From an uncultured Methylomirabilota bacterium (GTDB lineage: Bacteria > Methylomirabilota > Methylomirabilia > Methylomirabilales > 2-02-FULL-66-22): a stretch of DNA of 64,000 nucleotides. This document shows positions 30,285 to 40,185 of this stretch, piece after piece (position 1 is the stretch's first letter; every line of letters starts with the position of its first letter). Below the pieces are notes generated by a model. That model was not told the origin of the DNA. It made no database searches and saw nothing but the letters and a program-made list of their open reading frames with translations. Both the position numbers and the translations under genes were made by a program. The stretch is taken from positions 1,760,001 to 1,824,000 of the forward strand of contig CAWJSJ010000002.1 in assembly GCA_963845565.1 (NCBI GenBank), given 5' to 3'.

Positions 30285-31817
30285 GCCAGGCGCCCGTCCT
30301 GCGCGTCCACAACGGGGAAGCGTGTCCCTGCGGCGCAGTGCCGCAGGTCGGGATGGCAGACTTTCGGGCGCACGCGCTGGCGGCGGTTGCGGCCGGTGCG
30401 CGAATCGTCGCGCTCTTCGGAATGCCACGCCCCGACGAGGCGATCCGGATCCTGCTGGTGCTGGCGCAGGCGGAAACCGGGATGCTGTCGCTCCTCTCGA
30501 CCGACGTTCGAGACGACTATCCGGCGCTGACGCCCGACTGCCCGCAGGCCCACTGGTTCGAGCGCGAGATCGCCGAGCAGTGGGGCGTCCGCGCCGGAGG
30601 GCCATCCCTGGCTCAAGCCCATCCGGTTCCACCGCTCGTACCGGTCCGGGCCGCGACGCCTGGGGCCGAGCCGCCGGCGGACGCGATCCTGCCGTGCGTG
30701 ACCGACTTCTTCCGGGTGGAGGGCGAGGAGGTCCACGAGGTGGCGGTGGGGCCGGTCCACGCCGGGGTCATCGAGCCGGGGCACTTCCGCTTCCAGTGCC
30801 ACGGCGAGACGCGTCTTCCACCTGGAGATCTCGCTGGGCTACCAGCACCGCGGCGTCGAGCGGGCCCTGGTCGGCGGGCCGACGCCGCGGACGCATCCAC
30901 TACATGGAGACGCTGGCCGGCGACACGACGATCGGCCATGCCACGGCCTACTGCCAGGCGGTGGAGGCGCTGGCCGGGTGCCGCGTCCCCGCGCGCGCCG
31001 AGGCGCTGCGCGGCATCGCCCTGGAGCTGGAGCGCCTGGCCAATCACACCGGCGACCTCGGGGCGCTGGCCGGCGACGTGGGGTATCTGCCCACCGCCTC
31101 GTTCTGCGGGCGGCTGCGCGGCGACTTCCTGAACCTGACGCGCGCTGCTCTGCGGCAGCCGGTTCGGCCGCGGCCTGGTCCGGCCCGGCGGCGTGGGGTT
31201 CGACCTGGAAGCGGGGCGCGTCGCCGAGCTCGCGCGACCGGCTCGACCGGACGCTGCAAGGACGTGGCCGGCGCGGTCAACCTGCTGTGGGAGTCGCCGT
31301 CGGTGCTGGCCCGGTTCGAGGAGACCGGCCCGGTGTCGCGGGAGATCGCGGAGGCGCTGGGACTGGTCGGCGTCGGCCGCGCGGGCCTGCGGGGCTGGAG
31401 CGGGACGTGCGCTTCGATTTCCCGGCGGGCATTTCCCGGCTTCGCGCAGATTCCGGTGTCGACGCTGGCAGAGCGGCGACGTGTTCGCCCGGGCGTACGT
31501 CCGCTGGCTGGAGATCCAGCGGTCGGCGGCGTTCATCCGCGACCAGCTGCGGGCCCTGCCGGACGGTCCGATCCGTGCCGCGGTGGGACCGCTGTGCGCC
31601 GGATCAGATGGTCGTCTCGCTGGTCGAAGGCTGGCGCGGCGAGATCTGCCACGTCGCCATGACGGACGGCGACGGGCGGCTCGCGCACTACAAGGTCGTG
31701 GACCCCTCCTTCCACAACTGGATGGGGCTGGCCATGGCGCTGCGCGACCAGGAGATCTCCGACTTCCCGCTGTGCAACAAGAGCTTCAACCTGTCCTATT
31801 GCGGACACGACCTGTGA
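30281..31817 (+). CDS. hyfG: HyfG/HycE-like large subunit (NuoC+D-like) lacking NiFe Cys motifs; many frameshifts
   Basis: WFEREIAEQ, VGPVHAGVIEPGHFRF, ELERLANH, VEGWRGE and DFPLCNKSFNLSYCGHDL, spread over several frames. Confidence 0.8.
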
Positions 31818-31825
31818 GGGCGCGG

Positions 31826-32585
31826 ATGCTGAGAGAGCTCGTCGAGCGCATCCGGCAGGGATACCGGACCATGGCGTATCCCGACGGCGAGCCGGTCCTG
31901 CCGGACCGGTTCCGCGGCCGGCCGGTCATCGACGGCGCCGCGTGCCCGCCGGACTGCCGGGCGTGCGTCGCCGCCTGTCCCACCGGCGCAATCGGCGGAA
32001 CGGACAGGGCGCTGACGCTGGACATGGGGCGCTGCCTGTTCTGTGCCGATTGCGCGGCGGCCTGTCCGGAGAAGGCGCTCCGATTCACCCGCGAGCACCG
32101 CCTGGCCGCCTGGGCGCGGGAGGATCTGGTCCTGCGAGACCCGCAGCCGGCGCCGCAGGCGCCGTCCGATCCCGTCCGACTGTCTCTCTTCCGGCGCTCG
32201 CTCAAGCTGCGCCAGGTCTCGGCCGGCGGGTGCAACGCCTGCGAGGCGGACGTGAACGTGCTGAGCACGATCGTCTTCGACCTCGGACGATTCGGCATTC
32301 AGATCGTGGCCTCACCGCGGCATGCCGACGGCCTGCTCATCACCGGGCCGGTGACCGAGAACATGAAGCTGGCGCTGGAGAAGACCTACGACGCCCTGCC
32401 GCCGCCCCAGCATCGTGATCGCCGTCGGCGCCTGCGCCATCTCGGGCGGGCCATACCTCGACCACCCCGAAGCGCACAACGGCGCCGCCGGCATCGTCCC
32501 CGTGGACCTCTTCATCCCCGGCTGTCCTCCCCACCCCCTGACGATCCTGGACGGGCTCCTCCGCATCACGTCGCTGGAGGTGTAG
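31826..32585 (+). CDS. hyfI: Ferredoxin (NuoI-like) + NuoB/HyfI-like small subunit fusion; frameshift ~32408
   Basis: CRACVAACP, CLFCADCAAACP, GGCNACE, SPRHADGLLITGPV and IPGCPPHP. Confidence 0.83.
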
Positions 32586-32970
32586 ACACCAAGATGCGCC
32601 GCAATCCGAAAAGGGGCGCGAACCGCCAAGGGCGCCAAGCGCACCAAGGCTCGGATCGACGCCAAAGATGGGCACCTCAATCTACAAAGACGCCAAGAGC
32701 GAACAGGCGGTTAGGCCGCTGAGGTATGCTCGCGCACACCGACACGCCACTCTTGGGACCTTTGGAATCCCGCGTCCCGTCTCCGCATTCCCTGTTCTCT
32801 CCTGGGCGTGCTCGCGGCCTTGGCCGAGAGCAATCTCGGACCAAGGCGAACAGCGCCCGCTATCTGGCCGAGACCAGTTGACGCGTGCGAGGGGATCGCT
32901 TACCCTTCGATGGGGTGCGTGCACTGTGCGGTGAAGTTGCTCTACAGGAACGCGGACAGAGGAGTGCGAC

Positions 32971-33201
32971 ATGGACTGGCAAGAACACATTGTCGTGGAC
33001 CCAAAGGTCCTAGTGGGGAAGCCGACTATCAAGGGGACTCGGATCGCGGTCGAGTTTGTCGTGGACCTGCTCGCTCGCGGCTGGACCGTCGAAGAGATCC
33101 TCAAGGAATACGACCATCTGACTCGGGAGGACATCCGAGCGTGTCTCGCCTACGCCAGCGAACTACTCAGAACCGAGCGAATTTATCTGATACCTGCGTG
33201 A
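32971..33201 (+). CDS. DUF433 protein (putative antitoxin)
   Basis: IVVDPKVLVGKPTIKGTRIAV..LTREDIRACLAYA. Confidence 0.92.
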   Translation: MDWQEHIVVDPKVLVGKPTIKGTRIAVEFVVDLLARGWTVEEILKEYDHLTREDIRACLAYASELLRTERIYLIPA

Positions 33202-33214
33202 TCGGAGGCGTCTG

Positions 33215-33586
33215 GTGCGGTTCCTTTTGAACGAGAACATGTCGCGCACCGTCATCCGAACTCTCCGCGAGCGCGGGCACGATGTGTTGTCCGCGAAAGA
33301 ATCGCTGCAGGGGCTGCCCGACGAGGATGTCCTGGTCAGGGCTCAACAAGAGCGCCGTCTGGTCGTGACGCAAGACAAGGACTTCGGCGAGCTCGCCTTC
33401 CGCGCCCGTCTTCTGGCCGACTGCGGGGTGATCTTGTTCCGACTTGCAGGAGCCAATCCCGACCAGGACAATCGACGTGTTCTGGAGGTGCTCGAAAGCA
33501 CAACAGAATGGGTGGGACAGTTCGCGGTCGTGACACAACATCAAGTGCGCATCCGCGCCCTGCCCCCGCCGACGGTGGAGGGCTAG
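33215..33586 (+). CDS. DUF5615 PIN-like protein (putative VapC45-type toxin)
   Basis: RFLLNEN, LRERGHDV, LPDEDV and VTQDKDFGEL. Confidence 0.88.
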   Translation: MRFLLNENMSRTVIRTLRERGHDVLSAKESLQGLPDEDVLVRAQQERRLVVTQDKDFGELAFRARLLADCGVILFRLAGANPDQDNRRVLEVLESTTEWVGQFAVVTQHQVRIRALPPPTVEG

Positions 33587-33668
33587 CGGCTGGAATACGG
33601 GACGGGCTACCTTGATAAGTATGACAGGTAGCACTCCATGGTTATTCCGAATTGGTTTTACTTTCCGT

Positions 33669-33970
33669 CTCGGACGGTTCGGAATCCAGATCGTGGCCTC
33701 CCCGCGGCATGCCGACGGCCTCCTCATCACCGGGCCGGTCACCGAAAACCGACGCTGGCGCTGGAGAAGACCTACCGCGCCCTGCCGCCGCCCCGCGTGG
33801 TGATCGCCGTCGGCGCCTGCGCCATCTCGGGCGGGCCCTACCTCGACCACCTCGGAGCGCACAACGGCGCCGCCGGCATCGTCCCCGTGGACCTTTTCAC
33901 CTCCGGCTGTCCACCCCATCCGCTCACGATCCTGGGCGGGCTCCTCCGCATCACGTCGCTGGAGGCGTAG
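33669..33970 (+). pseudogene. Duplicated 3' ~300 bp of the hyfI-like gene (32282-32585)
   Basis: LGRFGIQIVASPRHADGLLITGPVTEN...GCPPHPLTILGGLLRITSLEA, with its own frameshift. Confidence 0.88.
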
Positions 33971-33977
33971 GCGGGGG

Positions 33978-34083
33978 TTAGGAGCCGTTACGAAATTACC
34001 TGGTCCATCTCTTTCTATTTCGTTACGGCTCCTTATGCCGTTCCCGGATTTCTCCGGTCAAGTAATTCCTTAACAACGGCTTA
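33978..34083. repeat. Dispersed ~105-bp repeat, copy 2
   Basis: TTA-GGAGCCGTTACGAAAT..ATTTCGTTACGGCTCC-TTA-TGCCGTT..AACGGC-TTA. Confidence 0.8.
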
Positions 34084-34279
34084 CTCCTATGGTCGTTTTT
34101 ATGTACGTTACGCCGCCCCGGTATGAGACTATTCGCGGCGTTCGCCGGCCGTCGAAACAAAGCGTGACACGCCGCGGCCGCAAGACGCAACCGGGTGAGT
34201 CAACAACGGCGCACTCCTGCGAACGTACCGTGACGTCCGTTATCGAGGCGACGCCGTCTTGTGGGAAGGGGAGGGGCGT

Positions 34280-35584
34280 ATGGATCGCAGCGAAATGAAG
34301 CGCCGGGTGTGTGACACGATTGATGGTCATCGCGACGTCATCATCGCGCTCGGGCGGACGATCCGGGACAACCCGGAGCTGGGGTTCAAGGAGCAGAAGA
34401 CCGCCGCGACGGTGGCGAAGATGTTTGCCGCCCACGGCATTCCGTGCCAGGAGGGGCTTGCGATCACCGGGGTGAAAGGCATCCTGACGGGGGGCGCAGC
34501 GGGGCCGACGGTCGGGATCCTCGGCGAACTCGACTCCCTGCTCTGCGCGGACGCCCCCTTTGGGGACAAGACGACGGGTGCCGCCCATACCTGCGGGCAC
34601 AACGCGCAGATCGCGACCTGCGTGGGGGCGGGGCTGGGTCTCAAGAGCTCGGGGGTCATGGAGCAACTCGCGGGCCGCGTCGCCTGCTTCGCGGTGCCGG
34701 CCGAGGAGTTCGTGGAGATCGCAGACCGTCTGGAGCTCAAGCGACAGGGGAAGATCGAGTTCCTGGGCGGGAAGGCGGAGCTGGTCCGGCTGGGCCACAT
34801 GGACGACATCCAGATGGCGATGCTGGTCCACGCGGCGGCGTTTTCGCCCGGGCCGAAGCTGCTGCACGGGTCGACCAGCAACGGCTTCGTCGCCAAGATG
34901 ATCCGGTTCAAGGGCAAGGCGTCCCATGCCGGGGTGGCGCCGGAGCAGGGGATCAACGCGCTCAACATCATGGCGCTGGCGATCATGAACATCAACGCGC
35001 AGCGAGAGACCTTCCGGGACGACGACACGATCCGCGTCCATCAGATCGTGACGCGGGGTGGGGATCTGGTGAATATCGTCCCCGAGGACGTCCGGATGGA
35101 GATGTTCGTCCGCGGCAAGACCGTGGAAGCGATTCAGGATGCAAATCGAAAGATCAATCGAGCGCTGAAAGCGGCGGCCATGGCGCTGGACGGGGAGGTG
35201 GAGATCCAGACACTTCCCGGATACCTGCCGCGCATCAAGGAGACTGCCGTGACGGGCCTCTTGGCCGACAATTTTTCCGCGCTGATCGGTCCGGACCGCC
35301 TGGAGATCGAGGGGCACATCACGGGTTCCTCGGACACCGGGGATCTCTCCCACCTGATGCCGATGGTCGAGGTGAAGTCCGGCGGGTTCCATGGCGGCCT
35401 CCACACCGCCGCCTACGGCGTGGCCGACGAGGAGCAGGCCTACATCGTCCCGGCCAAAGCCATGGCGATGACGGCCGTGGACCTTCTCGCCGACCATGCG
35501 ACAGTGGCAAATCGCATCCTGGCCGACTTCACGCCGAAGATGTCGAAGGCGGAGTATCTTGCGTGTCTTCGCGAGGTCGAGTGA
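34280..35584 (+). CDS. M20D-family amidohydrolase
   Basis: NPELGFKE, GELDSL, HTCGHN, PAEE, GKASHAG and GSSDTG. Confidence 0.92.
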   Translation: MDRSEMKRRVCDTIDGHRDVIIALGRTIRDNPELGFKEQKTAATVAKMFAAHGIPCQEGLAITGVKGILTGGAAGPTVGILGELDSLLCADAPFGDKTTGAAHTCGHNAQIATCVGAGLGLKSSGVMEQLAGRVACFAVPAEEFVEIADRLELKRQGKIEFLGGKAELVRLGHMDDIQMAMLVHAAAFSPGPKLLHGSTSNGFVAKMIRFKGKASHAGVAPEQGINALNIMALAIMNINAQRETFRDDDTIRVHQIVTRGGDLVNIVPEDVRMEMFVRGKTVEAIQDANRKINRALKAAAMALDGEVEIQTLPGYLPRIKETAVTGLLADNFSALIGPDRLEIEGHITGSSDTGDLSHLMPMVEVKSGGFHGGLHTAAYGVADEEQAYIVPAKAMAMTAVDLLADHATVANRILADFTPKMSKAEYLACLREVE

Positions 35585-35811
35585 ACTGGCCCTCCGGAAA
35601 CCCCTCGTAATCGGCCGGTGATGGTCCGTCACGGCAGTTGTCAGCGTTCGACGCGCTGCCGAGTCAGGCGACTCCGATCAAGACCTCTCTCCGCCTCGCT
35701 GCCATGAATAGGTCAACAAAGGGCCCTTACGACGGTATAGTATACACGTCCTGCAGCGCGCAATCCGCGCCAGGACCACTCGCGGGCACTTCCAGCAGAA
35801 AGGACCAGCGA

Positions 35812-36480
35812 ATGCAGACCGAGCCCACGCTCACCATCGAAATCGTCTCGGACATCGTCTGACCCTGGTGCTTCATCGGCAAGCGGCGCCTGGAATCCGC
35901 GCTGCGGATGTACCACGACCGCAGGCCCGATGAGGAGAGGCCGGCCGTGCGCTGGCTGCCGTTCCAGCTCAACCCGGACTTACCGGCCGAGGGCATTCCG
36001 CGGCAGGAATACCTCGAGCGCAAGTTTGGCCCCGGCCACGCCCACAGCTACGCGCGCGTGGCGGGCGTCGGCAGGGAAGTCGGCATCGACTTCGCGTTCG
36101 ACCGCATCACGGTGCAACCGAACACGCTCAACGCGCACCGGGTCATGCTCTACGGGGCGAAGCAGGGGCGCGAAGACGCGGTCGCGGAACATCTCTTCCG
36201 CGCCTATTTTCTGGAGGGTGCCGACCTCACCGACCGGGCGGTGCTGACTCGCGTCGGCGAACATGCCGGCCTGGATCGCGCGGCACTGGCCGCCCACCTG
36301 GCCTCCGAGGATGGCCGGGAGGAAGTGCTGGGGGCCGACCTCGAAGCCCGGCAGGCCGGCATCAACGGGGTGCCCTGCTTTATCTTCAATCGCCGCACCG
36401 CGGTGTCAGGCGCGCAGGCGCCTGACACGCTCCTTCAGGCGATGCTGCAGGCCCGACCCCGGGAGGAGGAGCGGCGATGA
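35812..36480 (+). CDS. DsbA/FrnE-family oxidoreductase; probable selenoprotein (UPWC, TGA at 35860-35862)
   Basis: IEIVSDIV-TGA-PWCFIGKRRL continues in frame into PFQLNP, PNT..AHR and GINGVPCF. Confidence 0.85.
35874..35910 (+). promoter_or_regulatory. Candidate bacterial SECIS hairpin
   Basis: CATC-G-GCA..GCG/CGC..TGC-G-GATG stem starting 11 nt after the TGA; G-containing loop; folded by eye. Confidence 0.5.
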
Positions 36481-36687
36481 TACCAGAGGCCTTGCCACCC
36501 CCCCAGTGGGACCAGTAATCCGATAGCAGAGGACTTCCACTCGCAGGGTTTCCACACCGGCCGGACCGCGTCCCGGATGTCGCGGTAGCGCGTCCCCGCC
36601 TCGTAGGCGTGGCGGATCGCCGGAGCAAGGACCTTCTCGTAGAGCGCCTGCTCCATATCCCGCGCGGAGCGTCCGGGGACGGCGCCC

Positions 36688-37722
36688 CTAGCGGCCGACG
36701 AGCACCTTCTTGATCCAGCCGCCTCCCTTGGCGGACTCCACATTCAGAAAGCCGTCCTGCTCCTTGCCAAGAAAGATCACCTCGTCACCCTTGGCGAGCG
36801 TCGCGACCGCGTCGCTCTGCTCGGACGGCTGGGCCAAGAGCTTCACCGTGGCGAGCTTCGGGCGGAGGACGTCGCCTTCGTTGAAGACGGCGCCGGCCTT
36901 GGTCCGCTTGCCGGCTTCCTCGGCCAGCGAGGCGACGTCCCGCTGGAGGCTCGGGTTGCCGCGGACGGAGCGGACGACCCCGTTGTAGTTGTCGGCGAAA
37001 CTGGCCGCTACCACCTTGCCCTCGTTCGTGTTGGCGTAGCCACCCAGGGCGCCCGCCGTCCCGGCGCCCGCCAAGAGCCCGCCGAGGCGGAAGTCGGCTT
37101 TCTTGGCGCTACCCTCGGCTGCGGCCACCTGCAGGCTGGAACGGGCGTCGGCAAGCAGCATGCTGGTCTGGGCTTCCTTGAACTGCAGCCCGCCCGCGAG
37201 GGCCCCGATGACCCGCCCGCCGGTGCCGAACAGGCTGGCAACCCCGCCGCCGACGCCACCGGCGTTATTCTCCGAGAAGACCACCGCGGGGGTCAGGACG
37301 TAATCGGCGGTCACCATCTGCCCGCCGCCCATGTTGGAACCCTGCCGGAGTTCCCCGGACGCCGCGAGTGCGCGCTCCTGCATCAGATTCTGCATGCCCA
37401 CGCCGCGCTCGACCACGAGGAAGCAATTGGACTGTTGGACCATCAGGCGAATGAGGCCGGTCGGGGATCCCAGCTTGTACCGCGCCAGCCCCGCCAAGAC
37501 GTGCGCCTGCGGCTCCACCACGGCCACCGTCCCCATGGGTTTGTCGCAGCGATCGAGATCCGACGCCGCATCCGCCGATCCGCCCGGCCCCGCCGACCCC
37601 TGGACCGCACTCCCACCGTCACCCTTCTTCATATCGGTGATGCCCTGCGCGAATACCGTCATCCCCGTTGCGAGGATGCTTGGCAGCACCGCCGCCACCA
37701 GGAAACTCCGCGAGATTGACAT
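36688..37722 (-). CDS. CsgG/HfaB-family protein with C-terminal SH3-like domain
   Basis: Signal peptide; QQSNCFLVVERG, MQERAL and ADYVL; LAKGDEV..DGFLNV..GWI. Confidence 0.78.
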   Translation of the reverse strand: MSISRSFLVAAVLPSILATGMTVFAQGITDMKKGDGGSAVQGSAGPGGSADAASDLDRCDKPMGTVAVVEPQAHVLAGLARYKLGSPTGLIRLMVQQSNCFLVVERGVGMQNLMQERALAASGELRQGSNMGGGQMVTADYVLTPAVVFSENNAGGVGGGVASLFGTGGRVIGALAGGLQFKEAQTSMLLADARSSLQVAAAEGSAKKADFRLGGLLAGAGTAGALGGYANTNEGKVVAASFADNYNGVVRSVRGNPSLQRDVASLAEEAGKRTKAGAVFNEGDVLRPKLATVKLLAQPSEQSDAVATLAKGDEVIFLGKEQDGFLNVESAKGGGWIKKVLVGR

Positions 37723-38273
37723 TGCCACCCCCTCCTTCGTGCGGCTCGGCATCGACGCCACGGGGAATCCCGCGGCGTGGGTCTGTTTGGGGCGGTCCGC
37801 GGCGACCCCAGCCCGGTCGCCGCCCGCCCAAGGACCGATACCTCCGCCCGCACATGCGAAGGCGCCTGCCCCGTGGCCCGTCGTCCTGCCAAGCGTGGGC
37901 GCGCGCCCGATGGCCCGGCGGACGAGGAGTGATGGTCTGTGACACTGGAGATCCACCGCATGGACCCGGCGTGCGGGAGGGGGTGGAACGCCGCGGCGTT
38001 CCGGCGACGCCGGATGATGCGACTGCGGACTATAGATAATAGAGGACTGGTGCGGTGTCAATTGAAATACGCGACGATTCAGGCCGACCGCGGTACCCGG
38101 CGCCGCCGGGGGTCGGCACCAGCGACACTTTCTCCCGCCAGCATGCGTAGGTCCGCCCTGCGAACCCTTCGCGTGCGGGCCCTTACTCTTCGTGCCACCA
38201 CGACTGCGAGGTGGAGACGGATGCCGTCGTTTGGCATGACAGGCACGACGGCCTGGAAGGAGCGCGATTGGGG

Positions 38274-38302
38274 TTGACACCGCGAAACTCCGTGGATACG
38301 CT
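38274..38302 (+). promoter_or_regulatory. Putative sigma-70 promoter
   Basis: TTGACA-17 nt-TACGCT. Confidence 0.55.
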
Positions 38303-38414
38303 CGCGTTAACGCTCAACTCCCCCCTCCTCCTGCGAATCGCGGTGTTATACGAAAACCATGTGACATCCCGATCTGCCGTTGACCGATCCCATGCTTCCA
38401 GGAGGTCACTCCCA

Positions 38415-39770
38415 ATGCAGCACATTCTGTCGGAGGCGACTCAGCGAGCACAGCGTTACTTGGACGGATTGCCGGGGCGGCCGGTGTTTCCTGCTCCCTC
38501 CGCCTTGGCCGCGCTGAACGGCTTCGCCACCACGCTCCAGGAGCACCCAATCGAACCAGCCCAAGTCCTCCACGAGCTCGACGCGATCGGGTCCCCCGCC
38601 ACGGTGGCATCGGCCGGCGGTCGGTATTTCGGGTTCGTGATCGGTGGGAGCCTGCCAGCGGCGCTGGCGGCCAACGTCCTCGCTGCAGCCTGGGACCAGA
38701 ACGCGGTCCTCGAGGTGGCGTCGCCGGTAAACGCCACACTGGAAAAGGTCTGCCGCGGGTGGCTCACGTCCCTCCTCGGCTTGCCCCGGGAGGCCGAGGT
38801 AGGATTCGTGACGGGCGCCACGATGGCCAACTTTACCGGCCTGGCGGCGGCCCGCCACGCCGTCCTGCAGGCGCACGGATGGGATGTTGAAGCCCAGGGC
38901 CTGTTTCGCGCGCCTGAAATTACGATGATCGTGGGTCAAGAAGTCCATGCGAGCCTCCTCAAGGCGGTGAGCATGCTCGGCCTTGGTCGCGACCGCGTGG
39001 TCAGGGTGCCGGTCGACGGGCAAGGTCGGATCGTCCCTCGACAGATCCCGCCCGTGGAGGGACCCACCATCGTCTGCATCCAGGCCGGCAACGTGAATAC
39101 CGGCGCGTGCGACCCCGCGCGCGCGATTGCCGCACGGGTCCACGGGACGGGGGCGTGGCTTCACGTCGACGGCGCCTTCGGCCTGTGGGCCGCCGCCTCG
39201 CCCGAGCGACGGCACCTCGCCGAAGGGCTCGACGAGGCCGACTCGTGGGCCACCGACGCCCATAAGTGGCTCAACGTCCCGTACGACAGCGGGCTCGTCT
39301 TCGTCCGGGAGCCGCGTCACCTCAACGCCGCCATGTCGTCGAGCGCCGCCTACCTCATCGAGGGCGAGACGCGCGATCCCCACCTCTTCGTCCCGGAGCT
39401 CTCCCGGCGCGCTCGCGCGGTCGAGATCTGGGCCGCGCTTCGCTCTCTCGGAACCGACGGGCTCGCCGCGCTCATCGAAACCTCCTGCGCCCGCGCACAA
39501 CGCATGGCCACCGCCCTGCGCCGTGCCGGCTACCAAGTGCTCAATGAGGTAGTGCTCAACCAGGTCCTGGTGGCATTTGGCGATCCTGAGACGACGCGGC
39601 ATGTCATCGCGGCGATCCAGAAGGACGGTACCTGTTGGTGCGGCGGCACGGTCTGGCAGGGACAGACGGCGATGCGGATCAGTGTCTCGTCGTGGGCGAC
39701 CACGGACCACGACATCAATGCGAGTATCGAGGCGATCCTGCGCGTTGCCTCAGACGTGTGTTCTGCATAA
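38415..39770 (+). CDS. Group II PLP-dependent decarboxylase
   Basis: YFGFVIGG, WLHVDGAFG and ADSWATDAHKWLNVPYDSG. Confidence 0.92.
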   Translation: MQHILSEATQRAQRYLDGLPGRPVFPAPSALAALNGFATTLQEHPIEPAQVLHELDAIGSPATVASAGGRYFGFVIGGSLPAALAANVLAAAWDQNAVLEVASPVNATLEKVCRGWLTSLLGLPREAEVGFVTGATMANFTGLAAARHAVLQAHGWDVEAQGLFRAPEITMIVGQEVHASLLKAVSMLGLGRDRVVRVPVDGQGRIVPRQIPPVEGPTIVCIQAGNVNTGACDPARAIAARVHGTGAWLHVDGAFGLWAAASPERRHLAEGLDEADSWATDAHKWLNVPYDSGLVFVREPRHLNAAMSSSAAYLIEGETRDPHLFVPELSRRARAVEIWAALRSLGTDGLAALIETSCARAQRMATALRRAGYQVLNEVVLNQVLVAFGDPETTRHVIAAIQKDGTCWCGGTVWQGQTAMRISVSSWATTDHDINASIEAILRVASDVCSA

Positions 39771-39826
39771 CGACATGATGGTGCCGGCCGGGCCGGCCCG
39801 GGTTAATGGGGTGTGTCCGGCCGCCA

Positions 39827-40123
39827 TCAGTCCCGCGGCGCACGATCCCATGGGCGCGCCACCACATACTGGCGGAGTTGGGGGTCTTCCGCCGGGGCCG
39901 GCACGTGGCGGCGCTCCCCGTGCCGGCGCTCCGCTGCCGGCCGCTGGTCGCCCTGGCGGCGCTCCCCGTGCCGGCGGTCACGGACAATCTGCACCGTGGC
40001 GCACGACCCGACCGTGCGACCCAACGCCTGCCGCAGGTCCTCTTGGTCCCGGGCCACGATGATCAGGGCGCACACCCTGGGGGGTGTGGGGTGGCCGGGG
40101 AATGAACTGCTTCTGCGTGCCAT
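39827..40123 (-). CDS. Small hypothetical protein with DRR/ERR repeats
   Basis: LIIVARDQ..VQIVRDRRHGERRQ..ERRHGERR; GGAGG RBS. Confidence 0.55.
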   Translation of the reverse strand: MARRSSSFPGHPTPPRVCALIIVARDQEDLRQALGRTVGSCATVQIVRDRRHGERRQGDQRPAAERRHGERRHVPAPAEDPQLRQYVVARPWDRAPRD

Positions 40124-40185
40124 CCCGATTTCCTCCCGCGCCCCCCATGACGGGGCGATCTGCCGCCTTGCGCGGGTCCCCGCGG

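Noticed and set aside
30281..31817. Active NiFe hydrogenase
   Set aside because: Both Ni-binding CxxC motifs are absent and no hyp or maturation protease genes are nearby
36435..36657. ORF MEQALYEKVLAPAI downstream of the CsgG-like gene
   Set aside because: No recognisable family; it overlaps the end of the DsbA gene on the opposite strand
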